NCBI GenBank assembly: GCA_964585675.1
Contig: CAZPEO010000001.1
Location: 398 to 64,397, forward strand
Origin: an uncultured Candidatus Saccharibacteria bacterium
GTDB lineage: Bacteria > Patescibacteriota > Saccharimonadia > Saccharimonadales > Saccharimonadaceae
Length of the DNA stretch: 64,000 bases
Reading direction: 5' to 3'
Below, piece by piece: positions 39,969-48,880 of the stretch (position 1 is the first letter of the stretch; the number at the start of each line of letters is the position of its first letter). The notes under the pieces are model-generated. The model saw only the letters and a list, made by a program, of their open reading frames with translations, searched no databases and was not told the DNA's origin. Both the position numbers and the translations under genes were made by a program.

Positions 39969-40364
39969 ATGAGCGGGGATGATGATTTGTTTCGGTGGTT
40001 TTTGCTGGCGTATTTGCTCGGCAAGCCGATTCAGTCGAGCGTAGCGGTGCAGACTTGGAAGTTATTTGTTGAGCGGGGGATTGATACACCATGGGCTATT
40101 ATGGCGACCAAGGAGTCGAAACTGGCGCGCCTGCTCGTGGAGGGCAAATATACGCGTTACAACCATGTCATGGCGAAGGCGCTTCTGACGATGAGTCGGC
40201 AACTGGTGGACATGTACGATGGGTCGCTCGTGCTCATGATAAGTCTCAGCGAGAACGAGACTGAGTTCAGCAAGAGGCTGCAAGAGCTCTATGGAATAGG
40301 CCCAAAGACGGCGGAAATCATTATGCGCGAAACCGATGAGCATTTCGCGAGTAGGATCGAATAG
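39969..40364 (+). CDS. HhH-fold DNA glycosylase-like protein (start uncertain)
   Basis: LFRWFL...GKPI, G.YTRY, LYGIGPKTAEI helix-hairpin-helix. Confidence 0.75.
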   Translation: MSGDDDLFRWFLLAYLLGKPIQSSVAVQTWKLFVERGIDTPWAIMATKESKLARLLVEGKYTRYNHVMAKALLTMSRQLVDMYDGSLVLMISLSENETEFSKRLQELYGIGPKTAEIIMRETDEHFASRIE

Positions 40365-40391
40365 TCTTACGCTGAAGGTACAATAAAGAGT

Positions 40392-41216
40392 ATGAGCGAG
40401 AGAATAACTGGCACTGGTCGTAGTCATTGGGATAGCGAGACAGGATTAGGTGAAGATATATCAAGTGAACTTCGAGGGCTTGGTATCGAAAAAGTATATC
40501 ATGCCAATCAACCCCTAGCGCTTTTCCAGGATGCATATGTCGATCTTGTGGATGGCGCATTTCGCGTGCCAGAGCGCGTGATTGCCACGCCCCGGCATGG
40601 AATATGGAGCTTTGGAGTCAGTGGTAGAGTAAAGCGCTTCAAGGAACGTGACGACCGTGGAGAGATACGAACGTTCAGTAGCGGGAAGTCGATCTGGATG
40701 CCTTATATTTTTCCATTTGATGATAAAGATCAGCATCAGTTACCACGAATTGTTGACTCTGAGTGGTGTAATCTAGAGGTTCATTTAGAGCCAGTCTTGG
40801 CGCCTGATATATATCCTCTGTACACAGAGATAAATGTGGGCGGCCAAGTCTATGGTTCTGAGCAGGATCCAGGGTGTTTTGAAGCAGTATCGTTTAGTGA
40901 ATTCATAGCCTTAGGGGTGATGTTCTCACCCGAAGAAGTGCGATATCCAGAAGCGAGGTGGAATTCCTTATTTGAGTATCTCGTAGAAGAGGGACGTGCG
41001 GAGGATTATTTCGCTATTTTGTCTAACGAGCTCGAATTTCCAGTTGAATATGCCGCGCACGACAAGCCACTTCCATGGGAGAATAGACTCGAGGCAGATG
41101 TACAGGTTCAGCATTTCGGCAAGCTTATGGTTCCGATTGGGAGGCTTTCGCTTGGCGCCTTGGATGCTTCAATACAATTTCCTAATTTCATGGAGACGAC
41201 ACCCTCAATAGACTAA
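40392..41216 (+). CDS. Hypothetical protein
   Basis: 274 aa; TACAAT 7 nt before the ATG. Confidence 0.7.
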   Translation: MSERITGTGRSHWDSETGLGEDISSELRGLGIEKVYHANQPLALFQDAYVDLVDGAFRVPERVIATPRHGIWSFGVSGRVKRFKERDDRGEIRTFSSGKSIWMPYIFPFDDKDQHQLPRIVDSEWCNLEVHLEPVLAPDIYPLYTEINVGGQVYGSEQDPGCFEAVSFSEFIALGVMFSPEEVRYPEARWNSLFEYLVEEGRAEDYFAILSNELEFPVEYAAHDKPLPWENRLEADVQVQHFGKLMVPIGRLSLGALDASIQFPNFMETTPSID

Positions 41217-41270
41217 GTCGGTGTGTCGCATGGTACACTAAGAGCATTAACGAAACGAGGGAGGAATTGG

Positions 41271-42092
41271 ATGGCTTGGTTCAAGAAAAAAGTAGTCGTC
41301 AATAGACAGCGACGGGTGATTGCAGCAGCGGCATTTGTGGCTATGCTCGTACTCAATGGGCTAGCAGGCAGTACGACGTTGCTGAACAACCAAAATACCG
41401 CTGCTATTTCTGACAAAAACGTGACATTGTTTACGCCGGCAGGCTATACGTTTGCAATTTGGGGGGTGATTTATCTCCTACTCGGCGCATATACTGCCTA
41501 TCAGCTGGGCTGGTTTGCCAAGAAAAAGAGCGATAAGCTCGATGTCCAAACGATTGAGGCAATTACCCCGTATTTCATCGCAAGTTCGGTGCTCAATTGG
41601 CTATGGATACTTGCTTGGCAGTACGAAATACTATGGATGAGCGTGCTGCTCATTGTTGGGATGCTGTATAGCCTCATCAAAATCGAGGAGATACTGAAAG
41701 ATAAAGATATGTCGATGCGCGAGCGCACGCTGGTGAAAAATCCATTTAGCATTTATTTTGGGTGGATTACTGTGGCTACGATCGCAAATATATGCACCTG
41801 GCTGGTTTCGATTAAGTGGGATGCATGGGGGCTCTCGCCGGTGTTTTGGACGGTCGGTCTGTTGATCGTCGGAGCATTTGTTGGCCTAGCTGGAATGCTG
41901 CGCAACATAAACTGCGCATACGGTGCAGTGTTTATCTGGGCGTATCTGGGTATTCTCGCAAAACATGTATCTGATGCTGGTTGGAATGACCAGTACCCAA
42001 TGGTGATCGGTGCACTCTGGGCACTGCTTGCGGTACTGGCAGTCGCATTCGGTATGACGCTACAGAAGGTCTATCTGCAACTTCGTAAATAA
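41271..42092 (+). CDS. Tryptophan-rich (TspO/MBR-like) membrane protein
   Basis: FTPAGYTFAIWGVIY, SIYFGWITVATIAN; GGGAGG RBS. Confidence 0.8.
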   Translation: MAWFKKKVVVNRQRRVIAAAAFVAMLVLNGLAGSTTLLNNQNTAAISDKNVTLFTPAGYTFAIWGVIYLLLGAYTAYQLGWFAKKKSDKLDVQTIEAITPYFIASSVLNWLWILAWQYEILWMSVLLIVGMLYSLIKIEEILKDKDMSMRERTLVKNPFSIYFGWITVATIANICTWLVSIKWDAWGLSPVFWTVGLLIVGAFVGLAGMLRNINCAYGAVFIWAYLGILAKHVSDAGWNDQYPMVIGALWALLAVLAVAFGMTLQKVYLQLRK

Positions 42093-42122
42093 GACCTATC
42101 GAGCCGACAAGTCTCTTGTATA

Positions 42123-42151
42123 TTGTAATGTTATTATAATAATGTTAGAAT
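42123..42151 (+). promoter_or_regulatory. TA operon promoter/operator
   Basis: TTGTAA-17-TAGAAT, 6 nt before the ATG; TTATTATAATAA palindrome and a TAATGTTA direct repeat in the spacer. Confidence 0.6.
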
Positions 42152-42157
42152 GAATCA

Positions 42158-42379
42158 ATGACAATCACAACCACGCAAAGAATTATCAAAATTGGTACCA
42201 GTCAAGGAGTGACCATCCCTGCTAAGGATCTCAAAGCACTTGGTGTAGCCGCGGGTGACGAGCTGGAAATCACCGTTCGGAAGAAAGTAGGTGCCGCAAC
42301 GGACAGCGAGCTGGTGAAAACAGCAAATTCACTTCTCCAACGGTATAAGCAAGATTTTTCGCACTTGGCGCAACGCTAA
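42158..42379 (+). CDS. AbrB/MazE-type antitoxin
   Basis: IIKIGTSQGVTIP...GDELEI, C-terminal RYKQDFSHLAQR. Confidence 0.88.
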   Translation: MTITTTQRIIKIGTSQGVTIPAKDLKALGVAAGDELEITVRKKVGAATDSELVKTANSLLQRYKQDFSHLAQR

Positions 42380-42765
42380 TGAACAGCTTGACGCTCGATC
42401 AAATACTTCAACTTCACGCTCTGGTACTGCTAAAAGACGGTGGCAGTGACGGAGTCCGGGACATTGGACGACTCGAGGCGGCAGTGGCTTCACAGTACCA
42501 AGCTGTGTTTGATGAGGAGTTATACAAAACAATCCACGAAAAAGCTGCCGCCATGATTCGCGGGATAATAGGTGACCATCCATTCTCTGATGGCAACAAG
42601 CGCACAGCTATGCTTGCAGGATTGACACTCCTTGAGCTTAACGGCTTAGTATTTGAAGCCGTTGCTGGCGAGCTCGAAGATTTTGCGGTGCAAGTAGCCG
42701 TGGAGCATCTTGGCGTTGAGGAGATTGCAAAGTGGCTCGATGAACATAGCAAGAAGGCAAACTAA
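42379..42765 (+). CDS. doc: Doc/Fic family toxin
   Basis: GVRDIGRLEAA, HPFSDGNKRTA; TAATG overlap with the antitoxin. Confidence 0.92.
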   Translation: MNSLTLDQILQLHALVLLKDGGSDGVRDIGRLEAAVASQYQAVFDEELYKTIHEKAAAMIRGIIGDHPFSDGNKRTAMLAGLTLLELNGLVFEAVAGELEDFAVQVAVEHLGVEEIAKWLDEHSKKAN

Positions 42766-42787
42766 CGATACGAAAAGGGAGAATATA

Positions 42788-43168
42788 ATGAAATACGAAG
42801 GCACAAAACTACCAAACTTTAATCCGCGCGAATCAGTTGCGGATCTTGAAATCATCGATACAGAAGTTGGGACAGGTGACGAGGTAAAAGCGGGAGCAAC
42901 CATCACCGCTCACTACACGGGAGCTTTGGTGAAGAACGGCATTATTTTTCAGAGCAGTCATGATTTTGGCAAAGCCATTGCATTCGGGCTCGATCAAGTC
43001 ATCGCTGGCTGGACAAAGGGCGTGCCGGGCATGAAAGTCGGCGGTACGCGCAGGCTTGTTATACCCGCTGCGATGGCCTACGGCGAGCGTAGCCCGTCAT
43101 CAAACATTCCAGCTAATAGCGACTTGGTATTTGATATCGAGCTCACAGCGATACAGAAGAATGGGTAG
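42788..43168 (+). CDS. FKBP-type peptidyl-prolyl isomerase
   Basis: HYTGAL, VIAGW..G..GMKVGG.RRLVIP..MAYG, IPANSDLVFDIEL. Confidence 0.95.
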   Translation: MKYEGTKLPNFNPRESVADLEIIDTEVGTGDEVKAGATITAHYTGALVKNGIIFQSSHDFGKAIAFGLDQVIAGWTKGVPGMKVGGTRRLVIPAAMAYGERSPSSNIPANSDLVFDIELTAIQKNG

Positions 43169-43330
43169 CGCATAGCTATATCCTAGATACTAAGCAGGGA
43201 ACACTAGATGCAATTTCGTGAGCTAGCTCTTCAGGATTTTTAACACTAGTCTAGTGTGGGCAAAAGATCTCCCGGGACTTTTCCACTGCACGATAAACGC
43301 TAGATATGGGCACGCTATATATAGCGTACA

Positions 43331-43359
43331 AAAAATACCACCTCTGATACGAGGTGGTA
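43331..43359 (-). terminator. Intrinsic terminator for the EF-hand-like gene
   Basis: Minus strand reads TACCACCTC-GTATCA-GAGGTGGTA-TTTTTT. Confidence 0.75.
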
Positions 43360-43377
43360 GCAGTGAGAGGAGCACAC

Positions 43378-43713
43378 CTAGCGGTGTGTGTCGCCGAAGA
43401 GCGTGTCTTTGACGGTGTCAACTACATTGCCGACATGATGCTGGGCGTCATCAATGAAATTGCCAGCGTTGTCTTTTGTGTCATGTAGCGTGTTGCCTAG
43501 GTGCTGCGAGGCATTAGAAAGTGCGGTCGATAGATCATCAATACTGAGTCTACCATCATCGTTGGTATCGACTTTTGCTTTGAGAGAATCAAGCAGCTGC
43601 GAGTCGAGTCCATGCTCGTTGAGGAGAGCCTTTAAGTCATCGATGCTTAGTTTGCCATCATTGTTGCTGTCGGCTTTTGCCTGTGCTTCGGCGAGCAGAT
43701 GTTGTATATCCAT
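43378..43713 (-). CDS. Small EF-hand-like calcium-binding protein
   Basis: Two DxNxDG loops (DSNNDGKLSIDD, DTNDDGRLSIDD); AAGGAGG RBS. Confidence 0.8.
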   Translation of the reverse strand: MDIQHLLAEAQAKADSNNDGKLSIDDLKALLNEHGLDSQLLDSLKAKVDTNDDGRLSIDDLSTALSNASQHLGNTLHDTKDNAGNFIDDAQHHVGNVVDTVKDTLFGDTHR

Positions 43714-43838
43714 ATAGTTTCCTCCTTTAGTGATAGCGTTAGTATAGCGAGGCAAGGGACTGATATCTGTGAAAAACATTACGATAACTAGCTTCTGATG
43801 TGATACGATAGTGGTATCCTAAACGAGGTATTGTCCAT

Positions 43839-44447
43839 ATGCAACCACGGCTCATTATTCAGCAAAAGATTACTGCTTTTGTCAACAAATACAAAGTACT
43901 CACACCAACTCCCCCTGGTACACCAGAGGCCCTTGTCGCGCTTGCGCAGCAGAAGAGGCTCGCCTTCAAAGAGAAAGTCATGTTCTATACTGACGAAAAA
44001 CGAGATCGACTTAGCTTTACGTTCCGCGCTGAGAAGGTGATGGATGTGCATGGGCGATACTTTGTCGAAGACGAGAGCGGCAAACTAGTGGGAATGTTTA
44101 AAAAAGAGTTTATGAAATCTCTTGTCAACAGTACCTGGAAAATACTCGACACCAACGGTAACGAACGCTTTCTCGTGAAGGAGAGCAATATGATGCTCGC
44201 ATTGCTGAGGCGGTTTGGCGGCGAATTGCCATTGATCGGCATAGTGATCGAGATGGTGGTGATGTTTTTGAAGTATCATTTCGTGTTTATCGACCTTGCG
44301 ACCGGCCAAGAAGTCGGGCGCTACAGCAAAACGACACTGTTTCGTGACCACTATGCGCTTGAGCTGACTGATGAAGCCTGGAATAGTCTTGATTGGCGAG
44401 TGTTTGCCTCTTTTGGAGTGGCACTCGACGCCTTGCAGTCACGCTAG
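43839..44447 (+). CDS. LURP-one/Tubby-C-like (scramblase-like) protein
   Basis: AQQKRLAFKEKV.FYTDE, Y.V.D..G..VG..KK.F.KSL..STW pattern. Confidence 0.65.
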   Translation: MQPRLIIQQKITAFVNKYKVLTPTPPGTPEALVALAQQKRLAFKEKVMFYTDEKRDRLSFTFRAEKVMDVHGRYFVEDESGKLVGMFKKEFMKSLVNSTWKILDTNGNERFLVKESNMMLALLRRFGGELPLIGIVIEMVVMFLKYHFVFIDLATGQEVGRYSKTTLFRDHYALELTDEAWNSLDWRVFASFGVALDALQSR

Positions 44448-44502
44448 TCGCGGGTTTGATATATAGTGTAATTAAGCAACGTTAAAGGGAGAAACAAGTA
44501 CT

Positions 44503-45123
44503 ATGGCAAAGACGAAAGTACGCCGTATTTCAGCAAACGATAGTGCCGACTCAGCGAGTAGTCGATCTGCTGCGAGTGAGACACCGCAAGCGCGTGTTAC
44601 TGGTCCAGCATGGGCTGTGTGGATTTTGTCACGATTTCCAGGAGTTCGCTACCACTATCAGGGGTGGGGCACAACGCGGCGTGTGATTATCGCGATCTTG
44701 CTCTATCTGGTGGCACTCCCAATCATCCCTATCATCATCGCTGCAGTATGGTATGCCAAAGACCCAGAAGGTTTCAAAAAGAGTCCGCTTATGCCGGTGC
44801 TCGTAGCGGTGATAGCCGCATGGCTGGGCGGTTTTGGTTGGGTGGCCAACCAAACACCTATCACCGATGGTACACCTATGGCGAGTGTTAAATCCCAGGC
44901 TGATGGCGAGAAAACAACTGCCAACAGCGACCCCGCTGCGACTGCGAGCCAGGCTTCAAAGGACAAAATCGCTACTCAAGCAAAAAGTAAAGCCACTAAC
45001 GGCCAACGTTTCGAAAACTGTACCGCTGCCTTTGAGGCTGGTGTGTTTGACATTCCACGCAACAACTCCTCGTACGAGCGGCGACTTGACCGTGACAACG
45101 ACGGCATTGCTTGCGAGAAGTAA
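44503..45123 (+). CDS. Membrane protein with C-terminal Excalibur calcium-binding domain
   Basis: FENCTAA...Y..RLDRDNDGIACE. Confidence 0.88.
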   Translation: MAKTKVRRISANDSADSASSRSAASETPQARVTGPAWAVWILSRFPGVRYHYQGWGTTRRVIIAILLYLVALPIIPIIIAAVWYAKDPEGFKKSPLMPVLVAVIAAWLGGFGWVANQTPITDGTPMASVKSQADGEKTTANSDPAATASQASKDKIATQAKSKATNGQRFENCTAAFEAGVFDIPRNNSSYERRLDRDNDGIACEK

Positions 45124-45734
45124 ACGGAACTCTTGACGTGGGTTGGTTAGCAAACTTGGTATTTGGTGACCCTGAGCGCGATGATGCGTCGGCCAACGGC
45201 GCGTCGTTGCCAAAAGCTGTCGAATCTTGGCAGCGTATGAGTAACGGCGAGCCAACTCCTGTTGTACCCGAAAAGGTGCAATCAAATCAATCTTCAACTT
45301 CGTCTGAAGAGCTGCCTGCTACTCTTGTCGGACAGCATAGCGAAGTGCATAATGTCGAAGCGGAGCCGCCTGAGGTTGAAATAGTACGCTTAGAGTCACA
45401 TCTGAGCAGCGACATGGATCACGTCGAAGTGTGGGCCCACCTCAAGAATCAATCGGACGTCGATGTCGAAGTTGCGCGCGTAGACTGCTTGGGGTCTCAT
45501 ATGCTACTGGGAAGATACCTGAAGCCTGGCGAGACTCACGAGGTGAAGATATTTGCGGGTGACACGCCAGAAAATGATGCCCTACATACGTGCATGGTAA
45601 CCTACAAAGCAGTCGAAACAGGGAAATATTTTGAAACTGAGCATCTCGTTGAGTATAGGTATGAGGATAATGAGCACGGTAAATACTATGTGCCCGAAGA
45701 TATGAAGCTGCTGCGACCCGTCAGGACGATGTGA
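45111..45734 (+). CDS. Hypothetical protein (start uncertain)
   Basis: 207 aa ORF filling the gap to rnhA; beta-rich C-terminus. Confidence 0.6.
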   Translation: MREVNGTLDVGWLANLVFGDPERDDASANGASLPKAVESWQRMSNGEPTPVVPEKVQSNQSSTSSEELPATLVGQHSEVHNVEAEPPEVEIVRLESHLSSDMDHVEVWAHLKNQSDVDVEVARVDCLGSHMLLGRYLKPGETHEVKIFAGDTPENDALHTCMVTYKAVETGKYFETEHLVEYRYEDNEHGKYYVPEDMKLLRPVRTM

Positions 45735-45773
45735 ACTTGGCAGACGAGGCGGGGCGCGTTAGTATAGAGAGAT

Positions 45774-46199
45774 ATGCGATTATTTTTTACTGATGGGAGC
45801 GCCAGCCCAAATCCTGGGCCGGGTGGCTATGCGGTCATCGAAAATGGCAAACCTGTCGCGCTTGGCAGTGAAGAAGGTGACTCAACAAATATCCGCATGG
45901 AGGGCATGGCGCTCCTTGCTGCGCTTGAAACGGCAGCGGGTGACGACTGCGAGATTCATACCGATAGCGAATTCTGGATAAATGTGATTACAAAATGGGC
46001 ACCCGGGTGGTCTGCAAAAGGCTGGCGAAAAAGCGGGGGCCCGATCAAAAACCTCGAGCTCGTCCAGCAGCTGTACGATGCGTACTATTCATACGCCGGC
46101 GAAGTAAAGCTCGTCTGGGTGCGTGGCCACGTCGGTCACGAGGGCAATGAGCTGGCTGATGAATGGGCCAATAAAGCTCGAGAGGGCGCGCGCCTCTAG
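45774..46199 (+). CDS. rnhA: Ribonuclease HI
   Basis: TDGSASPNPGPGG, TNIRME, TDS, WVRGH.G..GNELAD. Confidence 0.96.
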   Translation: MRLFFTDGSASPNPGPGGYAVIENGKPVALGSEEGDSTNIRMEGMALLAALETAAGDDCEIHTDSEFWINVITKWAPGWSAKGWRKSGGPIKNLELVQQLYDAYYSYAGEVKLVWVRGHVGHEGNELADEWANKAREGARL

Positions 46200-46261
46200 C
46201 AACACTGAGAGATAAATACCACAACAATTCGGTTGGTATTTTCGAGGTATACTAGGCAGAG

Positions 46262-47791
46262 ATGAATCAAGGGTTAGCACTCGAGATATTGCTTGCGGGC
46301 GAGAGCGCACTACTCACTGGTCCGGCTGGGACGGGCAAGACCTTTGTATTGAATCAATTTATCCGTCTCAGCAAGCACGATGGTAAGCATGTGAGCGTGA
46401 CAGCCACGACGGGACTTGCTGCTACACATTTGGGCGGGACGACCATCCATGCTTGGGCGGGCATCGGTGTACAAGATACACTGCCAAGCGGGTTTGTCGA
46501 GCATATGCCTAAGGGTCGCAAGGAAATTATTGAGAAAACCGACATACTCATCATCGACGAGGTGTCGATGCTGCATGATTTTCGGCTGGATATGGTTGAC
46601 GAAGTGTGCCGGCTTGTGCGTCGAAAAGACGAGCCGTTTGGCGGGATTCAGGTTGTTATGAGCGGAGATTTTTTCCAGTTGCCACCTATAAACCGCGAGG
46701 GGAGTCGGGCGGGTAGCTTTATCGTCGAGAGTCAAGCCTGGCGCGAGCTCGACCCGGTGATATTGTATCTCGATGAGCAGTTCCGCCAGACCGAGGGCGA
46801 TGATTTGCTTGATATTTTGACATGCCTTAGGGCCAATGAGCTGCGGCGACATCATGCGGAGAAACTTCTGGCTCGCTCAGAGGTTGAGGCGCCGGAGGGG
46901 GTTGTGCTGACAGAACTACACACGGTCAATGTCGATGTCGATCGTATCAATGAAAGACAATTAGCTCGCCTTGGCGGGGATGAGTTGGTGTACCAACAGC
47001 ACACTACGGGCAGCGCGAATTATGTAGAAAACTTGCAGCGCAGCGTGCTTGCGCCGGCAGTGTTGACGCTCAAGCAAGGTGCGCTCGTTATGGCGGTCAA
47101 AAACGATCCCACTCGCCGCTATGTCAACGGAAGCATCGGTGAAGTGACGGATTTTGAACCAGGTAGCGACTACCCAGTAGTGACGTTTCGCAACGGCAAA
47201 GTCGTCACCATGATGCCTGATACTTGGGAGCTACGAGATGGCGACAAAAAACGAGCGTCGATTAGTCAGATACCTCTCCGACTTGCCTGGGCGATTACGG
47301 TGCACAAAAGCCAGGGTATGACACTTGATGCCGCTCGCATGGATCTGCGCAAAGCCTTTGTGCCGGGCATGGGGTATGTGGCGCTGAGTCGTGTCAAAAA
47401 CATCAACAACCTATACCTCACAGGCATCAATCGTATGGCACTGACGATGAGCACTGAAGCTCACGAAATCGATGGGGATTTGCGTCGACGAGCTGTTGCT
47501 GATGCGAAGCGATTTGCTCACCTCGCAAAACTCGCTGAGCAGCGCGACCTGACACCTGCAAAAAAGAAAAAAGAGGGGAATAGTAGTTGGACGGAAAAAA
47601 TCGCCAAAATGCGCGAGACGCATCCCAATGCCTATAAGCCGTGGAAAGATACAGACGACGTGGTACTTAAACAAGAGTTTCAGCAAGGTGCGAGCATCAA
47701 AGCGCTCAGCAAGAAACTCGGCCGACACGAAGGTTCGATCACGATGCGATTGCAGAAGCATTTTGGGGAAGACGTAGTGGGGAATATTTGA
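46262..47791 (+). CDS. PIF1-family DNA helicase
   Basis: GPAGTGKT, IIDEVSM, PFGGIQ..SGDFFQLPP, AWAITVHKSQG, YVALSR. Confidence 0.93.
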   Translation: MNQGLALEILLAGESALLTGPAGTGKTFVLNQFIRLSKHDGKHVSVTATTGLAATHLGGTTIHAWAGIGVQDTLPSGFVEHMPKGRKEIIEKTDILIIDEVSMLHDFRLDMVDEVCRLVRRKDEPFGGIQVVMSGDFFQLPPINREGSRAGSFIVESQAWRELDPVILYLDEQFRQTEGDDLLDILTCLRANELRRHHAEKLLARSEVEAPEGVVLTELHTVNVDVDRINERQLARLGGDELVYQQHTTGSANYVENLQRSVLAPAVLTLKQGALVMAVKNDPTRRYVNGSIGEVTDFEPGSDYPVVTFRNGKVVTMMPDTWELRDGDKKRASISQIPLRLAWAITVHKSQGMTLDAARMDLRKAFVPGMGYVALSRVKNINNLYLTGINRMALTMSTEAHEIDGDLRRRAVADAKRFAHLAKLAEQRDLTPAKKKKEGNSSWTEKIAKMRETHPNAYKPWKDTDDVVLKQEFQQGASIKALSKKLGRHEGSITMRLQKHFGEDVVGNI

Positions 47792-47845
47792 ATATTGCTG
47801 AAAGAAAAAAGCCGACAACAATGATTGTTTGCTACACTAAAATAC

Positions 47846-48865
47846 ATGACCGAACAAAATCCTCCCAAAAACGACCAAGAACAAAAGGTTGAACCAACCG
47901 ATATCTTCCTCTGGGCGAATCATGCTGATAGACATAAAGACGAGCTCGAGATCGACCTGTTTCTCTTTACAAAAGGCTATACGGTGTATGCCACCAACTA
48001 CGCAAAAGAGCTAAAGAACCAGCTCAAAGTGCTATTTTTGTATGACATGATTAGTACTGTGCAGACAGGGGCGGCGACGGGTATGATCGTGCGGGACTTT
48101 GAAGCGGCGTCTGCCGAAGACAACGTGCTGGAGCGCACTGAGCTGGACAAAGTTGAACATGCCCAGGAAGTAATCGAGCAGATTATGTACGGCGAAGAAG
48201 GGCTCGAAGTCTTTCGTGAGGGCGACCACGAGTTTAAGAAAATCAAAGGTATCATTGCGCGATTCCGTCGTCAGGATGGAGAACCGTTTTTTGTGGCAAA
48301 ACTCTTGCCGCAGTCGCAAGTGCTCAAAGGTGCAACCGCCTGGATGTACAACGGTGACTCGTTTCAACCATTTGCCGCCGATGCTGGTCTCAGGATTGCG
48401 CCCGATAACCAAGTGCTTATCACCGGTAATGACGTGTTTGCATTTAGCGAAACCAAATTTATCCGCATGTTCGGTTATGACGCCAAGCAGTTTGCAGTGG
48501 CAGAAGAAAAGATCGCAGAAATCGAGGAGCATTTCAAGCTAAAGTTTCCTGACGGCATGACGTTTGATGCGTTGGTGCGCGATACGAAGTCATTAGTCAA
48601 CAAGCTCCAAAAAGTCGAAGTCGGGCTCGTCACGCAAGAGCAGGTCGTTGAACAGGCAGATGAAATGGGGCTCGAACTCATGACAGATGATGCAGCCGGA
48701 GCGATTATCATCATGGATGCCAAAGATGCGGCGAAATTTGTGAATCTACTCAATGACGACTACGTGACAAGCGATATGACAGGCATCAAATACGAACTAA
48801 AGGGTAAAAAAGAGTTGCGTGAGGTGGCAGCTTCTGAGACCACTGACCCCCCAAATAGTCGATGA
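47846..48865 (+). CDS. KwaB-like (DUF4868) protein
   Basis: C-terminal FVNLLNDDYVTSDMTGIKYE matches the DUF4868/KwaB pattern; TACACT 7 nt before the ATG. Confidence 0.7.
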   Translation: MTEQNPPKNDQEQKVEPTDIFLWANHADRHKDELEIDLFLFTKGYTVYATNYAKELKNQLKVLFLYDMISTVQTGAATGMIVRDFEAASAEDNVLERTELDKVEHAQEVIEQIMYGEEGLEVFREGDHEFKKIKGIIARFRRQDGEPFFVAKLLPQSQVLKGATAWMYNGDSFQPFAADAGLRIAPDNQVLITGNDVFAFSETKFIRMFGYDAKQFAVAEEKIAEIEEHFKLKFPDGMTFDALVRDTKSLVNKLQKVEVGLVTQEQVVEQADEMGLELMTDDAAGAIIIMDAKDAAKFVNLLNDDYVTSDMTGIKYELKGKKELREVAASETTDPPNSR

Positions 48866-48880
48866 TATAATAAAGAGGAT

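Noticed and set aside
43190-43295. Cobalamin riboswitch (AGGGAA...TGCAA T-loop, CCACTG)
   Set aside because: No B12 box and no downstream gene on the same strand
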